Shown: positions 1-10,264 of the stretch, piece after piece
How the letters are laid out: each line of letters begins with the position of its first letter
Numbering within the stretch: the stretch's first letter is position 1
DNA from: an uncultured candidate division Zixibacteria bacterium
Lineage (GTDB): Bacteria > Zixibacteria > MSB-5A5 > UBA10806 > 4484-95
Direction: 5' to 3'
Length of the DNA stretch: 64,000 nt
NCBI GenBank assembly: GCA_963668625.2
Contig: CAXXKA010000010.1
Coordinates: 64,001-128,000 of the forward strand
Position numbers and translations under genes: made by a program
The notes under the pieces: generated by a model
Told to the model about the DNA's origin: nothing
Database searches by the model: none
What the model saw: only the letters and a program-made list of their open reading frames with translations

Positions 1-1
1 A

Positions 2-1702
2 TTCGGCCCCGATCCGATCGAATATCGGGCCGAACGCGGTTTACTGGATTTTGCCGAGGAGATGGGGATCATGATCCAGGAGGTGGTTGGCAATAAAATC
101 GGCGATTACTTCCTGCCCTCGTTTGCCGGCGTAGCGTTTTCTCGCAATGATTTCCGCTGGTCACCGCGAATTCGTCGTAGCGATGGCTTGCTGCGCTTAG
201 TACCGGGCCTGGGAACCAGAGCGGTCGATCGGGTCAGTGACGACTACCCGGTGCTTATCGCTCCCGGGCAGCCGGGATTACGCGTGAATGTCACCGCCGA
301 TGAGGTAGTGCGGTATTCGCCCAAGAAAATAGATGTGGTAAATCTCAAGACAAACAAGTTCGAGACCGTGAAAGTGAAAACCCTTCTGAAAGAAATTGGC
401 GAGGAGATACCCGGTATCACGAAAATGATATCCTCATTCGACGGCCACTCTTTAAACAGGCCGCAGCTATTGAATCTCGATTTCGAAAAGAATAATTACG
501 TGATCACTTTCGATAGTTTGCTGGGAGATTCGGGATTCGTAGAACAGATTCATGCCATGTTAAACGTGCTGGAAAACAAGCTCGAAAACCCGGTTGATAT
601 CGAGTTCGCCCATGACGGCAAAGACTTATACCTCCTCCAAAGCCGACCGCAAAGCTATTCACAAGACAGCGCTCCTTCACCGATACCCAAGGATATCGAG
701 GAAAAAGATATCGTGTTTTCGGCAAACAAATATATATCCAATGGTCGCGTGCAGGATATCACGCATATCGTTTATGTCGATCCGGAACGTTACTCGGAAC
801 TACCGGATAGGGAGACGATGCTTGAGATCGGACGGGCCGTGGGCAAACTTAACAAACTTTTGCCTCGAAGGCAGTTCGTGCTGATCGGTCCGGGGAGATG
901 GGGCAGCAGGGGAAATATCAAGCTGGGCGTTAACGTTACCTATTCCGATATCAATAACACAGCCATGTTAATAGAGGTGGCTTTCCAGAAAGGCAACTAC
1001 CTTCCCGATTTATCGTTCGGTACACATTTCTTCCAGGATTTGGTGGAGGCCGAAATTCGCTACCTGCCGCTCTATCCAGACTCGGAGAAAGCTGTATTCA
1101 ATAACCAATTCATGGTCGATTCCGAAAACATCCTACCGATTGTTTTGCCCGAATATGAATATCTGGGTGACACGCTCAGACTCATAGATGTGAGTAAATC
1201 GACTGATGGTAAGGTGCTGAAAGTGCTTCTTAATGCTGATATCAACGAGGCGCTGGGCATACTGACGGAGCCTACGCAGGAACACGAGAAAACTGTTTTA
1301 CGGGATGAGGGTACGGTGATTAAAGGTGATAACTACTGGGCCTGGCGCTTGAAAATGGCAGAATACATCGCCTCACAACTGGATCCGCGACGTTTCGGCG
1401 TGAAAGATATATACGTATTCGGTAGTGTGAAAAACGCTACCGCCGGACCAGCCAGCGATATAGATATACTGGTGCATATCACCGGCGACAGCAAACAAAA
1501 ATCCGAGCTTCTGATATGGTTGGAGGGCTGGAGCTTGAGTCTGGATGAAATGAATTATCTTCGTACCGGATACCGCACGGGTGGTTTACTGGATATTCAT
1601 CTCATAACCGAGGAAGATATCGAAAAGGGTAATAGCTATGCCGCGAAAATCGGCGCATTGACAGATCCGGCGAGAAAGCTCAAAATGAAAAGTATTACTT
1701 GA
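2..1702 (+). CDS. PEP/pyruvate-binding (PPDK/PEP-synthase N-terminal-like) protein with C-terminal nucleotidyltransferase domain; 5'-truncated by window edge
   Basis: Frame is open from base 2 (FGPDPIEYRAERGLLDFAEEMGIMIQEVVG). ATP-grasp motifs MGIMIQEV, GLGTRAVD, VDIEFA, LLQSRP; GPGRWGS and GTHFF motifs; C-terminal FGS...SDIDILV pol-beta-like NTase motif. Confidence 0.8.
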   Translation, partial: FGPDPIEYRAERGLLDFAEEMGIMIQEVVGNKIGDYFLPSFAGVAFSRNDFRWSPRIRRSDGLLRLVPGLGTRAVDRVSDDYPVLIAPGQPGLRVNVTADEVVRYSPKKIDVVNLKTNKFETVKVKTLLKEIGEEIPGITKMISSFDGHSLNRPQLLNLDFEKNNYVITFDSLLGDSGFVEQIHAMLNVLENKLENPVDIEFAHDGKDLYLLQSRPQSYSQDSAPSPIPKDIEEKDIVFSANKYISNGRVQDITHIVYVDPERYSELPDRETMLEIGRAVGKLNKLLPRRQFVLIGPGRWGSRGNIKLGVNVTYSDINNTAMLIEVAFQKGNYLPDLSFGTHFFQDLVEAEIRYLPLYPDSEKAVFNNQFMVDSENILPIVLPEYEYLGDTLRLIDVSKSTDGKVLKVLLNADINEALGILTEPTQEHEKTVLRDEGTVIKGDNYWAWRLKMAEYIASQLDPRRFGVKDIYVFGSVKNATAGPASDIDILVHITGDSKQKSELLIWLEGWSLSLDEMNYLRTGYRTGGLLDIHLITEEDIEKGNSYAAKIGALTDPARKLKMKSIT

Positions 1703-1704
1703 TA

Positions 1705-2589
1705 TTACAATATTTCACGAGTGGCGTGTTCGGGGTTTTCCAGGTCGAATTTTACCAGCGATAATTCTTTGCCATGATACGCAGCGTTGAACATTACGGT
1801 GGCGCCCAGTTTATCTTGCCAGTGACCTGTTATTTGCGAGGATTCGTGAACATGCCCATGAAGCGTTAAAAGAGGTTGCCTCTCCTTTATGAATCTCTCG
1901 ATTGCGATGCTGCCTATATGAGGGTCGAGCGGTACGCCATCTATGAACTTGCCGTCCAGCGCCGCCGTATCCAGATTGGTATTGTACGGCGGGCTGTGAA
2001 ACAAGATGACAGCGTTTTCGAGCGAATCATTGTCGAATAGCTTATCCAAATCTTTTTTTATCGTTGAATATTTTAGTTCGTTTTCTGATACCTTAATGGT
2101 ATGCTTGCCTCTATGTGGCGGGTAGCAGCCGGGATCGACATAGCGGGAAACATCATAACGCTCCCAATCTTTTAACATAAACGGCGTAGGCGGAACATAC
2201 GAGTAACCATAGACATTCCAATTACCGAGTGTGGTTTTGTTGTCGTGGATGTATTCGAACAAGCCGGTGTTTGCCGCCTCGATTATTGTTGCTTCCTCCG
2301 ACCTGGGATCATCATTACCGAGAATGATGAATATCTTCGGATAGTTGGCTCCTAACTCATCCCGGAGATGCCTTAAACCGGGCGTAAGAAATGTATCTAT
2401 AAAACCGCCGCTAATCTTATTCATCTTTAAGCTGAAAGGCAAAATATCGCCGCCAATGAAGATGGCTTCAGGGGGCGCGGTTCCGATACGATCAAATAAT
2501 TTATCGTAGCGGTCTGTTTTACCGTGCAAATCGGATACGAAGTAGCATTCGAACAAACTCACGACCTTCCATTGAAAGCTAAATGTCAA
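1705..2589 (-). CDS. Calcineurin-like metallophosphoesterase (Icc-related)
   Basis: SDLHG, GGD, GNDD, HSPP and HGHVHE motifs. True start may lie slightly downstream of the ORF-track start. Confidence 0.85.
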   Translation of the reverse strand: MTFSFQWKVVSLFECYFVSDLHGKTDRYDKLFDRIGTAPPEAIFIGGDILPFSLKMNKISGGFIDTFLTPGLRHLRDELGANYPKIFIILGNDDPRSEEATIIEAANTGLFEYIHDNKTTLGNWNVYGYSYVPPTPFMLKDWERYDVSRYVDPGCYPPHRGKHTIKVSENELKYSTIKKDLDKLFDNDSLENAVILFHSPPYNTNLDTAALDGKFIDGVPLDPHIGSIAIERFIKERQPLLTLHGHVHESSQITGHWQDKLGATVMFNAAYHGKELSLVKFDLENPEHATREIL

Positions 2590-2882
2590 TTAGATCGAAT
2601 ATAAATATAATTGATACGATTTTCACTATCTATTTATTTCCAAGATACCATGATTTGCAAATATGAAATCATATGGCATATAGTATAGTATATTATGCGA
2701 TTAGGAAATCCATAATAGTTAATGAATGGAACGTTTTATGGATTACCTAATTTAATAAGATAAACCTGGATAAAATAATCGTAAGGTGGAAATTAATGGC
2801 TTTGAAAAAATGGAGATTGCTTTATATTGTGAGTACTTCAAAGCAATTAATGCTCGTGGACAAACCGAACGCTGGAGGTTCA

Positions 2883-4412
2883 ATGAAAAGCGTTAACAAA
2901 CTTCTTTTGATATTTTCGATCAGTATAATATTATTGACTTTTATTGGCGGATGCATTTTCGATAGTGATGAGGAGGAGCCGACAATCAACACCCCTCCCG
3001 AACAACCATCCCTGCCCAATCCGGCTAACGGGGCGAATACAGTGGCTCTTGATGTCGATTTAGTCTGGACATGCTCCGATCCTGATCAGTCCGATACCCT
3101 CTCTTATGATGTATATTTCGGTACCGAATCCGATCCCCCACTTGAGGTATCGGGTTTGTATGTAGCTCAATATAGTCCTACTTTTCAGGGGAATACTCAA
3201 TACTACTGGAAGGTCGTAGCTACCGATTCACACGACCATTCGACCTCTGGCCCGATATGGAGTTTCCTGACATCCGATACCCCAAACTCCGCGCCTGAAA
3301 TACCGAATAATCCTCAACCGCTTCATGGCTCATTTGGGATTCCGATTTCAACCTCTTTAGAATGGGCTTGCGACGACCCCGATAATGATATTTTATTGTT
3401 CGATATTTATTTTGATACCGATACGCTTGCCGGTGGATTCGAACTCGTTGCCGATCATCAAACGCAATTAACCTATCAACCGGAAGCTCTCGATTCGGCT
3501 ACTAATTATTATTGGAAAATTATCGCTTATGATGATTACAGCCATATTAGCGAGGGACCAACCTGGCAGTTCAGAACGGTTTCGGCAGCCAATGAACCAC
3601 CTGATATGCCGCAAATCGGTGCGTTGTCGAATACACCCGATAGCGCTGAAACGGAAGTTTCTTTATCGAGCGTAGTATTAAGCTGGACATGTAGCGATCA
3701 GGAAAACGATGATTTGAGCTATAACGTATATTTCGGTACCGTCAGTCAACCACCGCTCGTTAGCGATCATCAGACGCAAACAAGTTTCAATTTACAAACT
3801 CTCGATAACGGCGTTACTTACTACTGGAGAGTCACTGCTTTCGATAGTGAGGGTAATTCGACTACCAGCGGACTATGGTGGTTTACCACACAGCTGAATA
3901 ATTCGGTGGTGTTTTACTATGGTTCTCCCAATGGCGACCCCGTTACTACCGATGTCGGCGGGTTGTTCGATGTCGATGTATATATCTATACCGATGATGA
4001 TTCATATATCGGTACGATGCTGATATGCCTGGGCACCGATAGTCGGTACGTAGACAGCCTGCTGAACAATGCCGATCCCGGAGCGGAATTCTTTTTCCCG
4101 CTTAACGAATGGGACGGAGCCTGGTTTAATGATCCATATGAATACCAGCCAGGGATTTTCGTTCAGTCATTCCAGGGATACGATGAATTAGCGCCGCCGT
4201 ATATTTCACCTTCACTTCATTTTTCCACGCCTACCAAAGTGATGACAATGAAGATGAAAGCAGTCGATAACAGCAGTTTCGCCGGGCACACATACGATGC
4301 TTTCAGATACGCCGAGGATTTCGTTCAAGGCCCGACCAACGCCAGCGATACCTCAGGGACTATTACTTTCGATTTTAGAGAAGTTTTTAATCAATTGCAT
4401 TTTAATCCGTAA
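2883..4412 (+). CDS. Lipoprotein with three fibronectin-III-like repeats and an uncharacterised C-terminal domain
   Basis: GGAGG RBS before ATG 2883; lipobox IGGC; three repeats of LxWxCxDxD...Y/FDV/IYF...YYWK/RV...WxFxT. Confidence 0.8.
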   Translation: MKSVNKLLLIFSISIILLTFIGGCIFDSDEEEPTINTPPEQPSLPNPANGANTVALDVDLVWTCSDPDQSDTLSYDVYFGTESDPPLEVSGLYVAQYSPTFQGNTQYYWKVVATDSHDHSTSGPIWSFLTSDTPNSAPEIPNNPQPLHGSFGIPISTSLEWACDDPDNDILLFDIYFDTDTLAGGFELVADHQTQLTYQPEALDSATNYYWKIIAYDDYSHISEGPTWQFRTVSAANEPPDMPQIGALSNTPDSAETEVSLSSVVLSWTCSDQENDDLSYNVYFGTVSQPPLVSDHQTQTSFNLQTLDNGVTYYWRVTAFDSEGNSTTSGLWWFTTQLNNSVVFYYGSPNGDPVTTDVGGLFDVDVYIYTDDDSYIGTMLICLGTDSRYVDSLLNNADPGAEFFFPLNEWDGAWFNDPYEYQPGIFVQSFQGYDELAPPYISPSLHFSTPTKVMTMKMKAVDNSSFAGHTYDAFRYAEDFVQGPTNASDTSGTITFDFREVFNQLHFNP

Positions 4413-4434
4413 TGCGGTATTAAAAATAAATAGT

Positions 4435-4475
4435 AAAACATCCCCGGCGAAATTATTTTTTCCGGGGATTGTTTT
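4435..4475 (+). terminator. Intrinsic terminator-like hairpin
   Basis: ATCCCCGG...CCGGGGAT inverted repeat followed by TGTTTT, just after the lipoprotein stop. Confidence 0.6.
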
Positions 4476-4505
4476 GAACCTAATAAACCGTTAATTTGAA
4501 ATAAT

Positions 4506-4820
4506 ATGAGTAGCGATTTTACCGACAGGGTTAAGCATATCATAAAAGAGATACCTCGGGGAAAGGTTGCCACCTACGGACAGATTGCCGCTTTTGCCGG
4601 GAGCCCCCGCGCCGCTCGTCAGGTGGTACGAATTCTCCACTCATGCTCCGAGAAAGATAAGCTACCCTGGCAAAGGGTGGTAAACGGTAGGGGAATGATA
4701 TCATTAAAAACGGGACACGGATACGAGATACAAATGAGTATGCTCAAAAAAGAGGGAGTTAAGTTTTCACTGGATGGCTCTATCGATATGAGTAAATATC
4801 AATGGGCGCCGGGAGATTAA
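4506..4820 (+). CDS. Alkyltransferase-like protein (Atl1/YbaZ type, MGMT family)
   Basis: IPRGKVATYGQIA, RAARQV and PWQRVVN (Trp in place of the catalytic Cys of PCHR). Confidence 0.9.
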   Translation: MSSDFTDRVKHIIKEIPRGKVATYGQIAAFAGSPRAARQVVRILHSCSEKDKLPWQRVVNGRGMISLKTGHGYEIQMSMLKKEGVKFSLDGSIDMSKYQWAPGD

Positions 4821-5914
4821 AATGCTTCCTCGAATGAAATGTAGAATCCGGAGGAATTATCTCCATATCCGAAATCGAACCTGACATTTACTTTCTCATC
4901 ATTTATTCTATATCGTAAACCGAAACCATAAGAGGGTTTCATGTTTTCTGATTTAAAATCGCTCAATTTCGATGAGACATCCCCGATACCGCCGAATACC
5001 GTAGCCCCGATTTTCCACCAGACCGGAAAACGTAACTCCGTTTGCAAGACGTACATCTTTTTATCGGTGTACCTGCCCATGTAATAGCCACGCATTAACA
5101 GGTCTCCGCCTATTTGCGGCAGATGGTTGAACGGGGCATCACCGTTAACGCTGCCATAGTATGCCTGAGTTGCCAGAACGAATCGTTCGTTGAAGGTAAA
5201 ATAGTTACGAAGATCGAAGGTAACCGAGGTGTAGTCGAAATCGCTGCCCGTGTACTCGTGACTTACACCGTAGCTGATTTCTCCCAGATAGCCGGATGAA
5301 GGCCAGAATATGTTATCGCGGGAATCGTACGTAGCAAGTAATTTTATCACCGAATTAGTTCCGCCCTCGCTGCCGATAATGGTTTTATCTTTCAGCGCTC
5401 CCTCAGAATCATATTTTGTCAGGGAGAATTTATCGAAATCGTAACCCATGCCGAAATATAATCCCGGGATGAATTGATATTTCAAACTGGTTTCTAAGAT
5501 GTATTGCTCCGGCGTGAACTCCTCTTTATTATCCTCTGGAGCATCCGTGCCGATGCCGTAAAACTCGCCCGGAAACTTTAAATATACAAGCGTCCCCATA
5601 AAATGGTAGTTCGAGTTATCCCAGTAAACCTCCGAATTAAAACTTATAGCCGCTTGTTTTTTTTGGGTGTAAACGAGTATCGGAGTAAGAGTGGAGGGTT
5701 TGGAATTAGGATAGCGCGTATTGTTAATATAGTTGGCCATCACACCGCCGGCTATTTTTGTTTCCGGTGAATAGTAAAAGAACGGTAATGCCAGAAGAGA
5801 GTTTTTCTTGCTTTCATCTATTGATTGCTCGGAAACGCTATCGGGTTGATTGGCCAATGAATACGAGCCGGTCAATAAATATATAGTAATTACCGAGTAT
5901 CGTATAAAACTCAT
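4817..5914 (-). CDS. Omp85/BamA-TamA family outer-membrane barrel without POTRA domains
   Basis: Signal peptide; MRGY lid motif; GFGLRY; C-terminal EAF; only 365 aa. Confidence 0.8.
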   Translation of the reverse strand: MSFIRYSVITIYLLTGSYSLANQPDSVSEQSIDESKKNSLLALPFFYYSPETKIAGGVMANYINNTRYPNSKPSTLTPILVYTQKKQAAISFNSEVYWDNSNYHFMGTLVYLKFPGEFYGIGTDAPEDNKEEFTPEQYILETSLKYQFIPGLYFGMGYDFDKFSLTKYDSEGALKDKTIIGSEGGTNSVIKLLATYDSRDNIFWPSSGYLGEISYGVSHEYTGSDFDYTSVTFDLRNYFTFNERFVLATQAYYGSVNGDAPFNHLPQIGGDLLMRGYYMGRYTDKKMYVLQTELRFPVWWKIGATVFGGIGDVSSKLSDFKSENMKPSYGFGLRYRINDEKVNVRFDFGYGDNSSGFYISFEEAF

Positions 5915-6049
5915 ACTGCTTTAATCATTTACCTCATCTTTCTAAATATACTTAACACACATAATACAATATTTTCGAGACTAAGTTTCATTAAAATCTA
6001 GATAAAATTATATGTAAGTAATGAGGTATACTTACCCCTGAAGACAGAG

Positions 6050-6733
6050 TTAAAACTTATATGTAAATCCAAACATCAATCGGGGTTCCAGTTTCGGTTG
6101 CCCGATAGCCTCATCGGCATCTTTGTAAACGTAGTCATTACGAGGGTTTACATTATCCCCATCGGGGCTGTATGAGGTATCGTGGCCGGTAAGCCTGGAG
6201 TTGAAATAGTAATCCAATCCCCCGGTGATCACCAAATCGATTTTATTGCTCATGGCGAAATAGCTTTCCAGGCCCGCGCCTAGTCCCCACTGGCTGCCGG
6301 TTATATCGAAATCCTCATTACCACCGATATATTTGAAATTACCGGTAAATTTCGCGTGACGAGGGCCGATCAGGGCATAGGCACGTTTTAATGATAGGAT
6401 GTTCACTTTATATAGAAGGTCAAGCCTGTAATCCCAGGTTCTGCCCGACTTTTCAGGCGTTCCATTGGTAGCATCATTGATGAATATCCGCCTGGCCTCA
6501 GCCGACTTTCCGGGATTGACCGAAGTGTAACCGATCCCGATTCTTGCGCTTAGAGGAAAATCTTTGGCGAAATCGGATATCATGCCGAAAACCTGAAAAC
6601 CCATACCCGAATAATACCCCAGAGATACACCTGCCTCTAATTTAGCCTGGCTTGACCCACGCGATGAAGTTTGCGCCTCCGCGATATTCAACATGGCAAG
6701 TATGACAAGTATTATTATTGTGATTTTTTTCAT
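6050..6733 (-). CDS. Small outer-membrane beta-barrel protein
   Basis: Signal peptide MKKITIIILV...AEA, alternating beta-strand pattern, C-terminal FGFTYKF. Start moved to ATG 6733. Confidence 0.7.
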   Translation of the reverse strand: MKKITIIILVILAMLNIAEAQTSSRGSSQAKLEAGVSLGYYSGMGFQVFGMISDFAKDFPLSARIGIGYTSVNPGKSAEARRIFINDATNGTPEKSGRTWDYRLDLLYKVNILSLKRAYALIGPRHAKFTGNFKYIGGNEDFDITGSQWGLGAGLESYFAMSNKIDLVITGGLDYYFNSRLTGHDTSYSPDGDNVNPRNDYVYKDADEAIGQPKLEPRLMFGFTYKF

Positions 6734-7023
6734 AGCGTCCCTCGCTTTACAAGACAAGTCGGTTCGTTTGAGGATTATACTCATATCAATTATTGTTAAC
6801 GAAACCGTATTATTTTATCAAAAAGTTCCGGGATTAATTGTATATATTTGTACTATATTAGATAACTATAATAAAGATAAGCAGTTAAAACGTATTAATT
6901 CAGTACTGGAAGCGGTCGTATTTGATTTTAATATTATAATTAAAACAACCGCGAGAGATATACTATGATATCTTATTCGCGGCTGTTTTAAATCAGTAGA
7001 TTATGAAAATCGGTTCAGAGGTA

Positions 7024-7377
7024 TTAATTAACGCCCTCTTTCTCGAATTGATCGAGCGCCTCTAATGCCTCGGTACCGTAAACCACCGATGGACCACCGC
7101 CCATTAATATCGCCACACCGATAGTTTCGATAATTTCCTGGCGAGTTGCGCCGGCTTTTAACGCATCATTGATGTGAAACGCGATACAGCCGTTACATCT
7201 GACAGTAATAGCGATTGCCAGAGATATAAGCTCCTTGGTTTTAGTATCAAGAGCGCCTGGTTTAGAAGCCGCCTGATGTAGTTTTGCGAAACTTCCCATT
7301 GTGTCGGGTATCTCTTTGCCGAGCTTGCCCATCAATTCACGTACTCTATTATTGTGTTCGGGAAAATTAGAACCCAT
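7024..7377 (-). CDS. AhpD-like / carboxymuconolactone decarboxylase family protein
   Basis: LDTKTKELI and RCNGCIAFH (CxxC-x3-H); GGAG RBS before ATG 7377. Confidence 0.85.
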   Translation of the reverse strand: MGSNFPEHNNRVRELMGKLGKEIPDTMGSFAKLHQAASKPGALDTKTKELISLAIAITVRCNGCIAFHINDALKAGATRQEIIETIGVAILMGGGPSVVYGTEALEALDQFEKEGVN

Positions 7378-7588
7378 CGTAAAAATCTCCTTCCGGGAGC
7401 AGGTTTTTGCTCCGCTTCTATATAATAATTGGTATAAAATTAGTGTCAATAAAATTCGATAATATAATTCAGTTAAATTATTGAATTTTAATGACTTAAA
7501 TATATTAAAATTTATAATATTGATATGGCGTTATTCGGGCGGATAGTGTATGTTGGAATTTAATCTGATTGATGATAAGGAGTAGTTT

Positions 7589-8860
7589 TTGCGGTCAAAA
7601 GTGATTGTAGTTGGCGGAGGCGCGGCAGGATTAATCGCCGCCGGACAAGCAGCCCTGGCCGGGGCCGAGGTGATCGTTATAGAAAAGAAACCTCAACCGG
7701 GTTTGAAACTTCGTATTACGGGTAAGGGTAGATGTAATCTCACTAACACGGCGCCATTACCGGAATTTCTGGAGCACTTTAACGCCGGCAATAAATTCCT
7801 GCGCTCATCTTTCAGTCGGTTTTTCTCCTCTGATCTGATAGGCTTTTTTAACGAGATCGGAATCGTAACGAAAATAGAGCGTGGTGGTCGGGTATTCCCG
7901 GAAAATAATGACGCTAAAAAGGTGCTTGATCAACTGATGCTCTGGGCTTGCGAATCCGGCGCGAAAATACAGACGCGTATGAAACTGGAATCATTAGTAA
8001 TAGAGAATAATTGCGTAAGAGGCGCCGAGGTCGTTAAAGTCAGCAGAAATAATGAGACGGTAAAACGGGAAATAAAGGCCGATTCGGTTGTTGTTGCAAC
8101 AGGCGGCGTATCGTACCCCGCAACCGGCTCTACCGGGGATGGCTACATACTGGCCGAGTCGGTAGGACATACGATCATTCCCCCGAGGCCGTCACTGGTA
8201 CCGGTTAAAACAGCCGGTAAGACGGCCGGTAAACTTCAAGGGCTAAGCCTTAAGAACGTTAATGTGAAACTGCTTGTAGATGGCCGAAAGGTCAAAGAGC
8301 AGTTCGGGGAGATGTTATTTACGCATTTCGGTCTTTCCGGGCCGATCATCCTGACACTTAGCAATTTTATAGTCGAGGCGGTGATTGCGGGTCGAAAAGT
8401 ATCGCTCGCTATAGATTTGAAACCGGCGCTCGACAGTGAAAAGCTCGACCAGAGAATTCTCAGGGAACTCGAGGAGAACGGCAAGAAGAAATTCCAGAAC
8501 GTGCTGAAAAGCTTACTGCCTCGTAAGCTGATACCGGTATGCTGCGATCAAACCGGTATCGATCAGGAGATACCCTGCAATCAGCTCAAATCCAAAGCTC
8601 GTAGGGTTCTACTTGAATGGCTCAAAGATTTCAGGTTCGATGTCAATGGTTACCTGGGATTCGAGGAGGCTATAATTACAGCCGGCGGGATCAGTTTGAA
8701 AGAGATCAATCCCAAAACGATGGAGTCCAAAATCGTAGGCGGATTATATTTCGCGGGTGAGGTGCTGGATATAGATGCTGATACCGGCGGGTATAACCTT
8801 CAAGCGGCATTTTCCACCGGTTGGGTAGCGGGAAGAGCCGCGGCCGGTGTCAAAATATGA
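7589..8860 (+). CDS. HI0933/YhiN/BaiN-like flavoprotein
   Basis: GGGAAG, ITGKGRCNLTN, TGSTGDGY, GEVLDIDADTGGYNLQAA; TTG start with AAGGAG RBS. Confidence 0.9.
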   Translation: MRSKVIVVGGGAAGLIAAGQAALAGAEVIVIEKKPQPGLKLRITGKGRCNLTNTAPLPEFLEHFNAGNKFLRSSFSRFFSSDLIGFFNEIGIVTKIERGGRVFPENNDAKKVLDQLMLWACESGAKIQTRMKLESLVIENNCVRGAEVVKVSRNNETVKREIKADSVVVATGGVSYPATGSTGDGYILAESVGHTIIPPRPSLVPVKTAGKTAGKLQGLSLKNVNVKLLVDGRKVKEQFGEMLFTHFGLSGPIILTLSNFIVEAVIAGRKVSLAIDLKPALDSEKLDQRILRELEENGKKKFQNVLKSLLPRKLIPVCCDQTGIDQEIPCNQLKSKARRVLLEWLKDFRFDVNGYLGFEEAIITAGGISLKEINPKTMESKIVGGLYFAGEVLDIDADTGGYNLQAAFSTGWVAGRAAAGVKI

Positions 8861-8926
8861 TTATCACATTCGAAGTTATAATTTTAAGTAATACGAAATA
8901 TTAAGTTACGAAAAGGAGGAACATTC

Positions 8927-9454
8927 ATGAGTAAAACCGAGGAAAATTTAAAAGCTGCTTTTGCCGGTGAATCGATGGCTCGTAATAAATATACATACTA
9001 CGCCAAGATAGCCAAGAAAGAGGGTTATCATTATATAGCCAGGCTGTTTTTGGAAACCGCCGAAAACGAGAAACGTCACGCTAAGGATGAGTTCGTTCTC
9101 ATGGGCGGATTGGGCGATACCGCCGCTAATCTCAAGGATGCCGTAGAGGGAGAGATGTACGAAACCGTAACCATGTATCCCGAGTTTGCCGAAAAGGCAG
9201 CAGAGGAAGGCAACCATGAGGCGGCCGTGCTATTTCGCCAGATAGCCAAAATCGAGGCGCATCACCAGGAGCGTTACCAGAAATTACTGGAGAGAGTCGA
9301 AAACGGAACAGTTTATAAACGCGAACAACCTATCAAGTGGAAATGCGACGTATGCGGCTATATCCACGAGGGTAAAGAACCGTTGGCGAAATGCCCCTGC
9401 TGCAAGCATCCCCGAGAGCATTTCGAGCCGGCTAATCTCGAGGATGATATCTAG
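8927..9454 (+). CDS. rbr: Rubrerythrin
   Basis: AFAGES, ENEKRHA, GEMYE, IEAHH diiron ligands; C-terminal CDVC...CPCC rubredoxin site. Confidence 0.93.
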   Translation: MSKTEENLKAAFAGESMARNKYTYYAKIAKKEGYHYIARLFLETAENEKRHAKDEFVLMGGLGDTAANLKDAVEGEMYETVTMYPEFAEKAAEEGNHEAAVLFRQIAKIEAHHQERYQKLLERVENGTVYKREQPIKWKCDVCGYIHEGKEPLAKCPCCKHPREHFEPANLEDDI

Positions 9455-9490
9455 TCGATTCTACCGTTATTCGCATGAAAGTGTAGTACC

Positions 9491-10117
9491 GTGATTTATT
9501 TTGAAATAGATAGATATATCTCCGAAAGGTTGGATTTAATAGAGGCGATACCGGCCCAGCGCGTAGTTCGTCTCGATCAATTATCGGATTACATTAAGAA
9601 TAAGCGAAGCGATAGCAAACCTGTCCGGATTGTTTTTATCTGTACGCATAATTCCCGGAGAAGTCAGCTGGCTCAGGTGTGGTCGCAAGTGATGGTCGCC
9701 AGATTCAATATTTCTGATGTTGCTATATACTCGGGCGGTACGGAGGCGACAGCGTTTAACATTCGAGCTGTCGAGACATTGAAGCGATGTGGGTTCGCCA
9801 TCAACCGGAATACGGACGATAATAATCCGATATATCAGGTTCTTTTTGATGATAGCCATGACGGTATCGAGGCATTCTCCAAGGTTTACGATCAGGCTCC
9901 GAATCCGAGAGAGGATTTTTGCGCCGTGATGACATGTTCTAGTGCGGATGCCGATTGCCCGGTGGTTATGGGCGCCGATAAACGTATCTCATTACCATAT
10001 GATGATCCGAAAGAATATGATGGTACCGATCGTGAACTTGACGCCTACGAGCAGAGATGCAGCCAGATTTGTATCGAGATGATGTATGTATTCTCGCGAG
10101 TTTCATCGGAAAAATGA
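9491..10117 (+). CDS. LMW-PTP-fold arsenate reductase / protein-tyrosine phosphatase
   Basis: FICTHNSRRSQ P-loop, MTCSSADADCP, YDDPK. Confidence 0.85.
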   Translation: MIYFEIDRYISERLDLIEAIPAQRVVRLDQLSDYIKNKRSDSKPVRIVFICTHNSRRSQLAQVWSQVMVARFNISDVAIYSGGTEATAFNIRAVETLKRCGFAINRNTDDNNPIYQVLFDDSHDGIEAFSKVYDQAPNPREDFCAVMTCSSADADCPVVMGADKRISLPYDDPKEYDGTDRELDAYEQRCSQICIEMMYVFSRVSSEK

Positions 10118-10135
10118 CTTCATTGTATTAAAATA

Positions 10136-10181
10136 AAACACCAGGCGCGTAGCACCGCACTTGCGGCGACGCCTGGTGTTT
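10136..10181. terminator. Probable bidirectional terminator
   Basis: Perfect 12-bp inverted repeat AAACACCAGGCG/CGCCTGGTGTTT between convergent genes. Confidence 0.65.
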
Positions 10182-10264
10182 ACATTTACGCTCTAACCTG
10201 CTTTATCTCAGTAACCGTCTCTAACGGATTGCGAAGTATCTGATCGGCAGGTATACTGTTTCAA

